A stretch of DNA of 64,000 bases from Rhodothermales bacterium (lineage in GTDB: Bacteria > Bacteroidota > Rhodothermia > Rhodothermales > JANQRZ01). Below are positions 29,031 to 38,063 of this stretch, piece after piece. Both the position numbers and the translations under genes were made by a program. How positions within the stretch are numbered: the stretch's first letter is position 1; every line of letters begins with the position of its first letter. A model generated the notes under the pieces. That model was not told where the DNA came from and ran no database searches. It was given only the letters and a program-made list of their open reading frames with translations. The stretch spans positions 2,512 through 66,511 of the forward strand of contig JBBSMX010000004.1 in NCBI GenBank assembly GCA_038232935.1. The letters are read 5' to 3'.

Positions 29031-30857
29031 ATGAGCGATCCGCACAAAAACGTAGGCATCCGCATCACCTCAGACCCGGACACGACAGCCATTCCGCAGC
29101 CCGGCACGGGGGCCGTGAAACGCGAGGCGCGGATGCCGCTCCGCTTGCTGCTCGTCGCTGATCTCACGCCGCAACGGCGGCCGAACTGGCGGGGCGATTC
29201 GCTCCTGCGGCGGGTGGACGCGCACGGTTTCGCCGGGCTGATGGAGGAGTGGCAGCCCGCGCTCCGGCTCGACGTGCCGAACCGGCTCAGTCCGCAACCT
29301 CCGTCGCTAGAGATCGGACTTCGGTTTCGGTCCTTAAAGGACTTCGCGCCGTCCGCGATTGCTCGGCAGGTGCCGGCGCTCGCGCGACTGCTCGCGATCC
29401 GCACCGAGGTCTACGGCGTCCGCACAAAGGGGACCGACCGCGAGACCTTCCGCGACCGGCTCGGGGAGGCCGGGGTGGATGCGGCGTCGGCGGACGGGCT
29501 CTACGCCCAGCTCACCATCGAGCCGCCCAAGCCGAAGCCTGCGCCGGCCCCGCAGAGGGACGACGCGCTCGACCGGCTGATGGGGATGGTGGATTCCGGC
29601 GACGGCAGCGCCGACGAAACGAGCGGCAGCGGGGACGCGCTCGCCGAGGCGGTCTCCGACGGCGCGCGCCGCATCGCGACGTCGGCGGCCGATAAGATTC
29701 TGGAGGACTTCGACCGGAAGCTCGGCGGGCAGGTTCGGGCGATCATCGAGCACCCGGACGTGCGGCGGCTCGAAGCGGCGTGGCGCGGGCTGAAGCTGCT
29801 CGTGGACCGGCTCCCGTTCCGCGAGGGCGTCCACCTCGACGTGCTGGCCGCGCCCCGCGAGAGCCTGAGCGAGGCGCTCTATTTCCAGGTCCTCGTGCCG
29901 GAGCACGGTGCCGGAGAAGGCGACGGCCGCGACCCGCTCTCCGCCGTAATCCTCGGCTTCGCCTTCGATAACAGCCAGGCCGATATCGAACTGCTCGACG
30001 ACATCGCCGGGACGGGTGCGAGCCTGCAAGCCCCGTTCATCGCGTCCGCCGGGCCGGAGTTCTTCGGGTTCGATGCGCCGGAGAAGATCGGGCCGCTGCC
30101 GCTCGTGCCGCAGCTCGTCGCGGGGCCGGAGTACATCCACTGGAACAAGCTCCGCGAGAAGGACGAGGCAAGGTTCGCCGCGCTCGCGTTCCCGCCGTTC
30201 CTGCTCCGCGCACCCTACGGCCCGGACAACCCGTCGAAGGATTTTCCGCTCGAAGAAGCGGGGTTCCTGTGGGGCGGCGGTGCCCTCGCCGTCGCCGTCG
30301 CGATGGCCGACTCGTTCGCGGAGACGGGCTGGCCGACACACCTCGCCGGTCGGCGGATGGACGACCTGCCGATCCACGAGACCGAGCGCGGCCGAACGCC
30401 GCTCGCCGTGCTGATCCCCGAAGCCAAAGCCGCCGAACTCGCCGACGCCGGGTTCGTCGTGCTCACCGGGGAGGCGAACCGCGACCGGATACAGGTCGCC
30501 CGCGCCCCGAACATCGCGCGCGCACAAACCTTCGACGACCCGGAGAAGACGGCGCATGCGGCAGCGCACGCGACGCTCGGGTGCGGCCTCTTCGCGGCGC
30601 GGGCCGCCCACCGTATGCTGACGCTGCCTACCGAAATCGACCCCGCCGCCTCGTTGGAGGCCAAGCAGGCCGCGGTGATCGCTTCGCTGCGTGCGTTCCT
30701 CGGGGGGGACGTAGCGGCGGACGCCGTGACAGCGGAGCTGGTCCCCGAGGCCGAGATCGACGGGCACGACTTGCTGGCCGTTCGTTTGCAGCCACCGCGC
30801 CACGTGCTGGACAGCCCCGTTCACCTCGCCATCGGCCTTCCGGTCCCGCGAGCATGA
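29031..30857 (+). CDS. Single-chain TssB-TssC (VipA-VipB) fusion-like sheath paralogue
   Basis: The N-terminal ~150 aa parallel TssB at 8697 (PLRLLLVADL; LKDFAPSAIARQVPALARLLAIR). The C-terminal ~400 aa parallel TssC at 9266 (IIEHPDVRRLEAAWRGLKLLVDR; DPLSAVILGFAFDNS; ALAFPPFLLRAPYGPDNPSKDFPLEE). A low-complexity linker joins the halves. Confidence 0.7.
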   Translation: MSDPHKNVGIRITSDPDTTAIPQPGTGAVKREARMPLRLLLVADLTPQRRPNWRGDSLLRRVDAHGFAGLMEEWQPALRLDVPNRLSPQPPSLEIGLRFRSLKDFAPSAIARQVPALARLLAIRTEVYGVRTKGTDRETFRDRLGEAGVDAASADGLYAQLTIEPPKPKPAPAPQRDDALDRLMGMVDSGDGSADETSGSGDALAEAVSDGARRIATSAADKILEDFDRKLGGQVRAIIEHPDVRRLEAAWRGLKLLVDRLPFREGVHLDVLAAPRESLSEALYFQVLVPEHGAGEGDGRDPLSAVILGFAFDNSQADIELLDDIAGTGASLQAPFIASAGPEFFGFDAPEKIGPLPLVPQLVAGPEYIHWNKLREKDEARFAALAFPPFLLRAPYGPDNPSKDFPLEEAGFLWGGGALAVAVAMADSFAETGWPTHLAGRRMDDLPIHETERGRTPLAVLIPEAKAAELADAGFVVLTGEANRDRIQVARAPNIARAQTFDDPEKTAHAAAHATLGCGLFAARAAHRMLTLPTEIDPAASLEAKQAAVIASLRAFLGGDVAADAVTAELVPEAEIDGHDLLAVRLQPPRHVLDSPVHLAIGLPVPRA

Positions 30858-30903
30858 TGAGCGCGGATGACCCGCAATAGAGAAGAAAATCGTTCCTAGT
30901 TAC

Positions 30904-32712
30904 GTGGAGGCGCATTCCGTCTCGTGCCGCCCCATCATTCGTCCCTCCAGGGCCACTTTTTTGACCCCCCAACATCCTCCCTCTTCTCAGCCGACGGAGG
31001 CGCGGCCCACCATTCGGGTTCGCGTCGAAGGGAGTAGCGTACCCGGATTGGAACGGACATTTACGGAGCCGTTCACGATTGGCCGCGGGCTACAGGCAAC
31101 GCTGCACGTGGACTCCGGCCGCGTCAGCCGCATTCACGCTGAAGTCGTCTTCGAGGAGGGCTGGGTGCTCCGCGACGCGGGCAGCACAAACGGGGTGTAT
31201 TGTGACGGCGAGCGCATCGAATCGGTGCCGCTCGTGGGGGAGGTGGTGGTCCGGCTCGGGCGCGATGGCCCCGCCGTGCATTTCCAGGTAGCGGAAGCGG
31301 AGGGCAACTACACCCCGAGCGCCGATACGATTCCCAGCGATGCCCTGACGGGGAGCGAGCTCTCGCCGCCGGTGGATTTGCCGGGGAAAACGTCAGCGGC
31401 GAATTCCCGTGGCGATGACACCTCCGCGCGCGAGAAGCCATTCCCCTCGGAGGGCGGGACGATGGGGATACGGGGTGAGCCCCCATCACCGTCGGGCGCC
31501 GAAGGCAAGGGGAAGACGTCTGAGCGGTCGGTGAGCCAGGTCATCCGGCGCTACTTCGGCGACGATGCGGGGGAGCCTGCGGGCGAGCGGACGATGATGA
31601 TCCGCCGGGCGTATCAGGAGGTCCACACGAAACAGAAGCGGAAGTACAGCGGCATCATCGGAGGCGTAGCAGCGCTGCTAATCGCGGCGCTCGGCTTCGC
31701 CATCTGGCAACAGATGCGGGTGGAGAAGCTGACCAATACGGCCGAAGCGCTCTTTTACGAGATGAGAGAGCAGGATCTCGCAACGGCTGAGCTCCGCATG
31801 CTGGCTGAAGAGGGTGGCAATGCCGCGCTCGCCGCACAACTGGACGAACTGGAAGCCCGTCGTCGCCGTCAGGCCGAACTGTACCAGGGGTACGTTGAAG
31901 AACTGGGCATCTATCGCTCGCTCAACCCGCAGGAGAAGGAGATATACCGGGTGGCCCGCATCTTCAACGAGAGCGAGTTCACGATGCCGGCGGGTTTCGT
32001 CCGGGAGGTGAAGGGGGTGATCAGCGAATGGCAGCGCTCCGGCCGGCTCAAAAACGCCCTCCAACTGGCCGAGCGAAACGGCTACACCCCCGCCATCGTC
32101 CGGACGATGCAGAAGTATGGGCTCCCGCCCGAGTTCTTCTACCTCGCCCTGCAGGAGAGCAACTTCGACACGTGCATCAGTGGACCGGAGACACGCTGGG
32201 GGATCGCCAAAGGGATGTGGCAATTCATCCCGCCGACGGCCCAAGCCTACGGCCTCTCCACCGGCCCCCGCGTCGACCTCCGCGTGTGCGACCCGATGGA
32301 CGAGCGCCACGACTTCGCCCTCGCCACCGACGCCGCTGCCCGCTACCTCCTCTACATCTACACCCATCTGGCGCAGGCTTCCGGCCTGCTGGTCATGGCC
32401 TCGTACAACTGGGGCGAGCACCGCGTGTCCTCCAAGCTCGACGAGCTTCCCGAGACCCCCCTCGATCTCGTCCGGCAGGATTTCGAAGACGTGCCGCAGA
32501 ACCCGCAACAGCGTAGCTACTGGCGGTTCCTCAACGAGTACCGAGATCGGATGCCCGACGAGACGAAGAACTACGTCCTGCATATCTTCTCCGCCGCCGT
32601 CATCGGGCAAAACCCTCGGCTGTTCGGGTTCGACTTCGACAATCCGCTGGAGCCGTACCTCCAGGAACCGGCGTCTGACCCCTCCGCCGTGGCCCTTTCC
32701 ACCTCCCCTTGA
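30904..32712 (+). CDS. FHA domain - TM helix - soluble lytic transglycosylase (SLT) fusion protein (TagH/Fha-like)
   Basis: FHA block FTIGRGLQATLHVDSGRVSRIHAEVVFEEGWVLRDAGSTNGVYCDGERI. TM helix YSGIIGGVAALLIAALGFAIWQQ. SLT block FYLALQESNFD..GIAKGMWQFIPPTAQAYGL. Start uncertain: GTG 30904, or TTG 30961. Confidence 0.8.
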   Translation: MEAHSVSCRPIIRPSRATFLTPQHPPSSQPTEARPTIRVRVEGSSVPGLERTFTEPFTIGRGLQATLHVDSGRVSRIHAEVVFEEGWVLRDAGSTNGVYCDGERIESVPLVGEVVVRLGRDGPAVHFQVAEAEGNYTPSADTIPSDALTGSELSPPVDLPGKTSAANSRGDDTSAREKPFPSEGGTMGIRGEPPSPSGAEGKGKTSERSVSQVIRRYFGDDAGEPAGERTMMIRRAYQEVHTKQKRKYSGIIGGVAALLIAALGFAIWQQMRVEKLTNTAEALFYEMREQDLATAELRMLAEEGGNAALAAQLDELEARRRRQAELYQGYVEELGIYRSLNPQEKEIYRVARIFNESEFTMPAGFVREVKGVISEWQRSGRLKNALQLAERNGYTPAIVRTMQKYGLPPEFFYLALQESNFDTCISGPETRWGIAKGMWQFIPPTAQAYGLSTGPRVDLRVCDPMDERHDFALATDAAARYLLYIYTHLAQASGLLVMASYNWGEHRVSSKLDELPETPLDLVRQDFEDVPQNPQQRSYWRFLNEYRDRMPDETKNYVLHIFSAAVIGQNPRLFGFDFDNPLEPYLQEPASDPSAVALSTSP

Positions 32713-32723
32713 TCTGCTCGCTC

Positions 32724-33485
32724 ATGCTGTGGAAGCGCTCTGCCCGCCCGCTCACGATTCGCTTCGGCGCCAAGTCCGATGTCGGCCAAGTCCGCTCGGA
32801 GAATCAGGACGACTACGGGCGCTTCCCGGAGGTCCAGTCCACCCGCAATGGGGACCAGCTATTCGTCGTAGCCGACGGGATGGGCGGGCACGAGGACGGC
32901 GGCCGGGCTAGCCGGGTCGCCGTCGAAGCCGTGGGGGGCACGTACTTCACGCATCCGGAGGTACCCGTGGAGGACCGGCTGCGCCGGGCGGTCAGCGAGG
33001 CGAACGCGCGGGTCTATCAGTTCGCGCAGGCCGGTACCATCCCGAAGAAGATGGGCACCACCTGCACCGCCCTCGCCCTGGTGGGGGAAGACGCCTACCT
33101 CGCGCACGTCGGTGACAGCAGGGCCTATCGGATCAATCGGGACGGGATCTCGCAGCTCTCGCGGGATCACACGCTCGTGGAGGCGCTGATGCGCGAGGGG
33201 GTGCTGACCGAGGACGAGGCCGCGCGCCATCCGCAGCGGCACGCGCTCGTCCGAGCGATCGGGATCGAACCGGAGGTGCAGGTGGACGTGCGGCGGCTCA
33301 AGACCCCGCAGTCCGGCGATGCGTTTCTGCTGTGCTCCGACGGCCTCGCCCGCGTGACCAACGTGGAGATCCGCGACATCGTTCGTTCTGAAACACCGCA
33401 GCAGGCGGCCGAAACCCTCGTCCAACTGGCGAACGACCGCGGCGGGCACGATAATGTGACGGTTCTAGTAGTAAAGGTTGAATAG
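32724..33485 (+). CDS. PP2C-family Ser/Thr phosphatase (PppA-like)
   Basis: FGAKSDVGQVRSENQDDYG, FVVADGMGGHEDG, LCSDGL, ANDRGGHDNVTVLVVKV. The ORF is open from a TTG at 32709 that overlaps the upstream stop. Confidence 0.9.
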   Translation: MLWKRSARPLTIRFGAKSDVGQVRSENQDDYGRFPEVQSTRNGDQLFVVADGMGGHEDGGRASRVAVEAVGGTYFTHPEVPVEDRLRRAVSEANARVYQFAQAGTIPKKMGTTCTALALVGEDAYLAHVGDSRAYRINRDGISQLSRDHTLVEALMREGVLTEDEAARHPQRHALVRAIGIEPEVQVDVRRLKTPQSGDAFLLCSDGLARVTNVEIRDIVRSETPQQAAETLVQLANDRGGHDNVTVLVVKVE

Positions 33486-33550
33486 GCCGAGCAAGAGATT
33501 AGCTTTGCGTATCCTAGCGTCTTGGCCCTCCGCTCTTCGAAGTACCCTTT

Positions 33551-35539
33551 ATGCCTGACACCTACATCGGCCAAGAGATCGACGGCTTCCGCATCCTGGA
33601 GGAACTCGGGCGCGGCGGCATGGGCGTGGTGTACAAGGCGGAGGACGTGGCCCTCGCGAGGCCGGTCGCGCTCAAGATGATCGCCCGCGAACTCTCCCGC
33701 GACGAGTCGTTCGTGCGGCGCTTCCGGTCCGAGGCACGCGCCCTCGCCCGCATCAACAGCTCGTATATCACGAGCATCTACGCGCTACGCCGCACCGAGG
33801 ACGGCATCTTCATCGTGATGGAGTTCATCGGGGGCGGCACGCTCGGCGACCTGATGGAACGAGGGCCGGTGAAGTGGGCGGCGATCCGGCCGGCGGTCCT
33901 CGAAATGATCTCGGCACTCGAGCACGCCCACGGCGTCGGCGTCATCCATCGCGACATCAAGCCGGGCAACATCCTTCTCACCGAGGCCGGCCACGTCAAG
34001 GTGACTGACTTCGGCCTCGCCAAGCTCCACACGGCCGACCAGGGGGTGACCGTCACACAAGGGATCGCCGGCACGCTCTACTACATGTCGCCGGAGCAGG
34101 TCAAGGGCGAGCGCAACCTCGACGGCCGCAGCGACCTCTACGCCCTCGGCATCACGATCTACGAAGCGCTCAGCGGCCGGCTGCCCTTTGAGCGAGGGGG
34201 CAGCGAGTTCTCTACGATGCGGAAGATCGTTGAGGACGAGTACCCGCCGCTCGGGCAGTTCGTGCCTGATCTCCCGCCCGGCGTTGAGGCGGCCGTCATG
34301 AAGGCGCTCGCCAAGAATCCGGACGACCGCTACGCGAACGCCGCCGCGATGTGTGCCGCCTTCGATGCGATCCCCGGCGCCGCGGCCCACGCTCCGGTCG
34401 TGGCGAACGGCGCTCCGCGGCGCGAGGCCGAGACGGTGATCGCGGGCGAGGCGTACCAGCAAGCTCCAGTGAAACCGGTGCGGGAGAAGCGTGCGCTGCC
34501 GAAGCAAGGGCTGGTGATCGGCGGCGGCGTGCTCGCGGCGGTGGTGCTCGCCGTCCTCGCGTTCCTCCTCTGGCCCGGTGCTACGACGTTGAGCGTAGCC
34601 ACCAATCCGCCTGGAGCCGTCGTCACCCTCGACGGCCAACAGCTCGGTCGGACGCCGCTCGAGTCCGTCGCGGTAAAGGGCGACGGCGGAAGGCTGCGCG
34701 TCGAACGGACGGGCTACGCCCTCGTCGACACGCTGATCTCCTTCGCCGAGGGCGGGCCGCTGAACCTCCGGTTTCCGCTCGTCGCACTCGCTTCGCCATC
34801 GGGCGAGGGCTCGGTCGCGCTGCTGAACGTTACGTCTAATCCCTCGGGCGCTACCGTTCTCATCAACGGCGAGCGTGTGGGGCAGACGCCGTACACCCAC
34901 CGCGATAGCACCGCCCGCCCGCTCGCCGTACGCATCGAGCGCCGGGGCTATCAGCCGTGGAGCCAGACGGGCGTCGCACTCGATCCTGGCACGCCGACAG
35001 AGATCCGGGCCGACCTCGAACGAGCGGATGCGCCGACGACCCCGGCCGACACACGGCCCGTCGACACGCGGCCGACTGACACGGGGCCGCCGGACACCGG
35101 ACCGGCCCAGCAGGGCACTCTCACCGTCAGCGCGAATCCCGGCGGGACCGTGACCGTTGCGGGCCAGAGCCGGACGGATAGTGGGACGTTCAGCGTGCCC
35201 GCCGGCTCTACACGCATTCGTTGCCAGAACCCACTATACGGCACCTTCGAAGGGACAGTCAACGTGCGCGGCGGGCAGACGGCGACGGCGACATGCTATT
35301 TCACAGCCACCGTCAACGTCAACGTCACCACCGACGAGGGACCCACGTGGGGGTCCGTCTGGGTCGACGGACGCAACGCGGGGGAGACGCCGGCCAGCCT
35401 GACGCTCGGCCCCGGCACCCACACCGTCGAGGTCCGACGAGCAGGCTATCAGACACTCGATCCGTCTCGAACCATCACCATCGCGGCCGGACTGCAGCCG
35501 AAGACCGAGCGCCTGGTATTTCAGATGAGGAAGGAGTGA
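33551..35539 (+). CDS. Ser/Thr protein kinase (PpkA-like) with TM helix and PEGA-type extracytoplasmic repeats
   Basis: Hanks kinase motifs GRGGMGVVYKA, HRDIKPGNILL, DFGLAK. TM helix GLVIGGGVLAAVVLAVLAFLLW. Three PEGA-like modules (VATNPPGAVVTLDGQQLGRTP, VTSNPSGATVLINGERVGQTP, VWVDGRNAGETP). Confidence 0.9.
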   Translation: MPDTYIGQEIDGFRILEELGRGGMGVVYKAEDVALARPVALKMIARELSRDESFVRRFRSEARALARINSSYITSIYALRRTEDGIFIVMEFIGGGTLGDLMERGPVKWAAIRPAVLEMISALEHAHGVGVIHRDIKPGNILLTEAGHVKVTDFGLAKLHTADQGVTVTQGIAGTLYYMSPEQVKGERNLDGRSDLYALGITIYEALSGRLPFERGGSEFSTMRKIVEDEYPPLGQFVPDLPPGVEAAVMKALAKNPDDRYANAAAMCAAFDAIPGAAAHAPVVANGAPRREAETVIAGEAYQQAPVKPVREKRALPKQGLVIGGGVLAAVVLAVLAFLLWPGATTLSVATNPPGAVVTLDGQQLGRTPLESVAVKGDGGRLRVERTGYALVDTLISFAEGGPLNLRFPLVALASPSGEGSVALLNVTSNPSGATVLINGERVGQTPYTHRDSTARPLAVRIERRGYQPWSQTGVALDPGTPTEIRADLERADAPTTPADTRPVDTRPTDTGPPDTGPAQQGTLTVSANPGGTVTVAGQSRTDSGTFSVPAGSTRIRCQNPLYGTFEGTVNVRGGQTATATCYFTATVNVNVTTDEGPTWGSVWVDGRNAGETPASLTLGPGTHTVEVRRAGYQTLDPSRTITIAAGLQPKTERLVFQMRKE

Positions 35540-35621
35540 CGCGAGTCCTCCTTCGTACTTACATTGGGGGGCTTCCCTCCCTATATCTACTAAGAACAGA
35601 AAGCTAAAGAGGTGACCAGTG

Positions 35622-36665
35622 ATGCCCCCGATTCTATCCCGTTTGTTGTGTGCGGCGCTCTGCGTCGTTGCCGTTTCGTTCGCCCCCGTGCAGGCGCAGG
35701 ACGTGGCGCTACAGAAGGCTATCGAGGCCTATAGCGTCGCGGAGTACGACCAGGCCATCACCGGCTTCGCCGCCCTCGTCGAAGACGCCTCGACGGACAA
35801 GGCCGTGAAGAAGGAGGCGCTCCAGTATCTCGGCCGCGCCTACGTCGCCAAGCGGGCCTACGACGACGTGCGCTCCACCATCGACCGGCTCCTCGACCTC
35901 GAGCCGCCGCTCGTCGAGCTCGACCCGGAGGACGAGCCGCCTGCGCTCATGAAGCTCTACTACGAAGTCCGCCGCGACTACGCGGGCTACGAGGTCCAAC
36001 GGCCCGAGCCCGGTATGAAGACGCTGGCCGTGATGGACTTCACGAACACATCCGTGGACGAGAAGGAGCGCTTCGACTCGATGCAGCAGGGGTTCGCCTC
36101 GATGATGATCAACTACCTCGAAGGCGCGACTGGGCTGAAGGTGGTCGAGCGCGAGCGCATCCAGTGGCTCCTCGACGAGCTGGAGCTTCAGCGCGACGGG
36201 GGCCTCGTAGACCAAGCCTCGGCCGTGCGTACGGGCAAGCTCCTCGGCGCGAACGCCGTCCTCTTCGGTGCCTTCACCGTGCATGGGAACCAGATGTGGA
36301 TCTCGGCCCGCCTCGTGAAAGTGGAGACCGGCGAGATCCTGCTGGCCGAGCAGATCTTCGGGAAGAAAGACGAATTCTTCGAGCTCATCGAGAAGCTCTC
36401 CGATCAGGTCGCCGATGCGATCGGTGTGGAGCTAGCCAAAAACAACAACGACAACAACGGTGGGAGTGCGAGTGCCGGGGGAGATGGCGAATCCCACTCG
36501 CTCGACGCCGTGCTGTCGTATTCGCAGGGGCTCGGGCTCATCGAGCAGGAGAAGTATCAGGAGGCCTACGACAAGTTCATCGAGGCGCTCGAGTACGACC
36601 CGAACTACACCCGCGCTCGGCGCAAGGCCGACAGCTTGAGGCCGCAGCTGGCGGCGGCTGGCTAA
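35622..36665 (+). CDS. Secreted TPR + CsgG-like domain protein
   Basis: Signal peptide MPPILSRLLCAALCVVAVSFAPVQAQ. TPR-like N- and C-terminal regions. Central block LAVMDFTNTSVDE..LKVVERERIQWLLDELELQRDG..GKLLGANAVLFGAFT resembles CsgG-family lipoprotein domains. Confidence 0.6.
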   Translation: MPPILSRLLCAALCVVAVSFAPVQAQDVALQKAIEAYSVAEYDQAITGFAALVEDASTDKAVKKEALQYLGRAYVAKRAYDDVRSTIDRLLDLEPPLVELDPEDEPPALMKLYYEVRRDYAGYEVQRPEPGMKTLAVMDFTNTSVDEKERFDSMQQGFASMMINYLEGATGLKVVERERIQWLLDELELQRDGGLVDQASAVRTGKLLGANAVLFGAFTVHGNQMWISARLVKVETGEILLAEQIFGKKDEFFELIEKLSDQVADAIGVELAKNNNDNNGGSASAGGDGESHSLDAVLSYSQGLGLIEQEKYQEAYDKFIEALEYDPNYTRARRKADSLRPQLAAAG

Positions 36666-36732
36666 CCTGCGCAAACCGCTGTCGTACTCTCTGGCTTGGG
36701 ACCATGTCCCCCTCTCCGTCACCCCTCCCTTT

Positions 36733-38034
36733 ATGTTTCGCGGACTCGCTCTTCTCTCCCTGCTGACGCTCGGGCTGCTGGCCGCCTGTGCGCCAACGAA
36801 CGAGATCGGCACCGTAGCTCCGGAGAAGCTGGGCCGCGCCATCGACCGCGCCCGTGCCGACCTCGTCCGAAGGCCGAACGAGGCGAGCGCGCTCCGCGAC
36901 CTCGGTGCCCTCCTCTCGCAGGACGAGCGGTTCGACGAGGCGGCCCCGTACCTCCGGCAGGCCTACGTCGAAGATCCATCCGGTGCGAAGACGCTCTACT
37001 ACCTCGGCCTGCTCAACGAGAAGGAAGGCAGCCCCGACGAGGCCTTAAAGTTCTACGGACGGTTCGCGGATGTCTCGGTGCGCTCCCCCTTCCGGCCTCT
37101 GTTGAAGGGGCGCTACGAGTCGCTCGTTCGGGAGCGGATCCAGCAGGAAATGGGGGCGCTCGCGGCGCGGGAGGACACGCTCGCGACGGCGGAGGACATG
37201 CCTCCGACGGTCGCTGTGTTTCCATTCGCGTACCGCGGGAGCGACCCCCGCTTCGCTCCGCTCGGACGAGGGCTGGGGGAGATGGTGCAGGCCGACCTCG
37301 CCGGTATCGGCGGGCTTCAGGTGGTGGAACGGCTCCGTCTCCAGTCGCTGCTCGACGAGCTCTCGCTGTCGCAATCCGAGGCGTTCGATCCGTCCACCAC
37401 GCCGCGCGTGGGGCGTCTGCTCCGCGCAGGCCGCGCTGTAGGCGGCTCTTTCGACGTGGACAACCGCGACCTCCGCATCGACGCCGCGCTGTGGAACTGG
37501 GAGGACCAGCCGTCGCCGAACTTACAGACCCGCTCGGATAACCTCGATAAGCTCTTCCAACTGAAGCGAGAGGTCGTGTTAGGGCTTGTAGAGCAGTTGG
37601 GCGTCCCCCTCACCGCCGAGGAGCGAGCCATGCTCGACGAGGTGCCGACGCGCAATCTGCAGGCGTTCATCATCTACTCGCGAGGGCTAGAGCAGGAGGA
37701 CGCCGGCAACTTCCCTGATGCCGCCGGCCTTTACCGCGAAGCGGCGAAGCTGGACCCGACGTTCGAGCGCGCCGCCGCCGGGGCCGAGCGGGCAGCGGAG
37801 GTCGACCATGCCGGGGGATCGCTCGAGCACGGCCTCGCCGCCGCTCTTGCGCTCGAAGACCTCGGGGGGATTAACCTCGTCGCCAACCGGCTCAGCAAGC
37901 TCAACGATAGCATTGGGGCGACTTTTCTTCCAGGGGCGGGGGGCGACCGTGACAGCCCTGCGGGGGAAGCCGCAGCCGCGGACGGCATCTTCGACTCCCT
38001 TCCTGATCCCCCCGACCCGCCGGGTGGCAACTGA
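36733..38034 (+). CDS. Lipoprotein with TPR + CsgG-like domain (paralogue of the preceding gene)
   Basis: Lipobox LLAAC. TPR-like region. VAVFPFAYRGSDPRF..LQVVERLRLQSLLDELSLSQS..GRLLRAGRAVGGSF parallels the preceding protein. Confidence 0.6.
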   Translation: MFRGLALLSLLTLGLLAACAPTNEIGTVAPEKLGRAIDRARADLVRRPNEASALRDLGALLSQDERFDEAAPYLRQAYVEDPSGAKTLYYLGLLNEKEGSPDEALKFYGRFADVSVRSPFRPLLKGRYESLVRERIQQEMGALAAREDTLATAEDMPPTVAVFPFAYRGSDPRFAPLGRGLGEMVQADLAGIGGLQVVERLRLQSLLDELSLSQSEAFDPSTTPRVGRLLRAGRAVGGSFDVDNRDLRIDAALWNWEDQPSPNLQTRSDNLDKLFQLKREVVLGLVEQLGVPLTAEERAMLDEVPTRNLQAFIIYSRGLEQEDAGNFPDAAGLYREAAKLDPTFERAAAGAERAAEVDHAGGSLEHGLAAALALEDLGGINLVANRLSKLNDSIGATFLPGAGGDRDSPAGEAAAADGIFDSLPDPPDPPGGN

Positions 38035-38063
38035 TCCCAACGTTTTAATATGCGTGCATTGAT

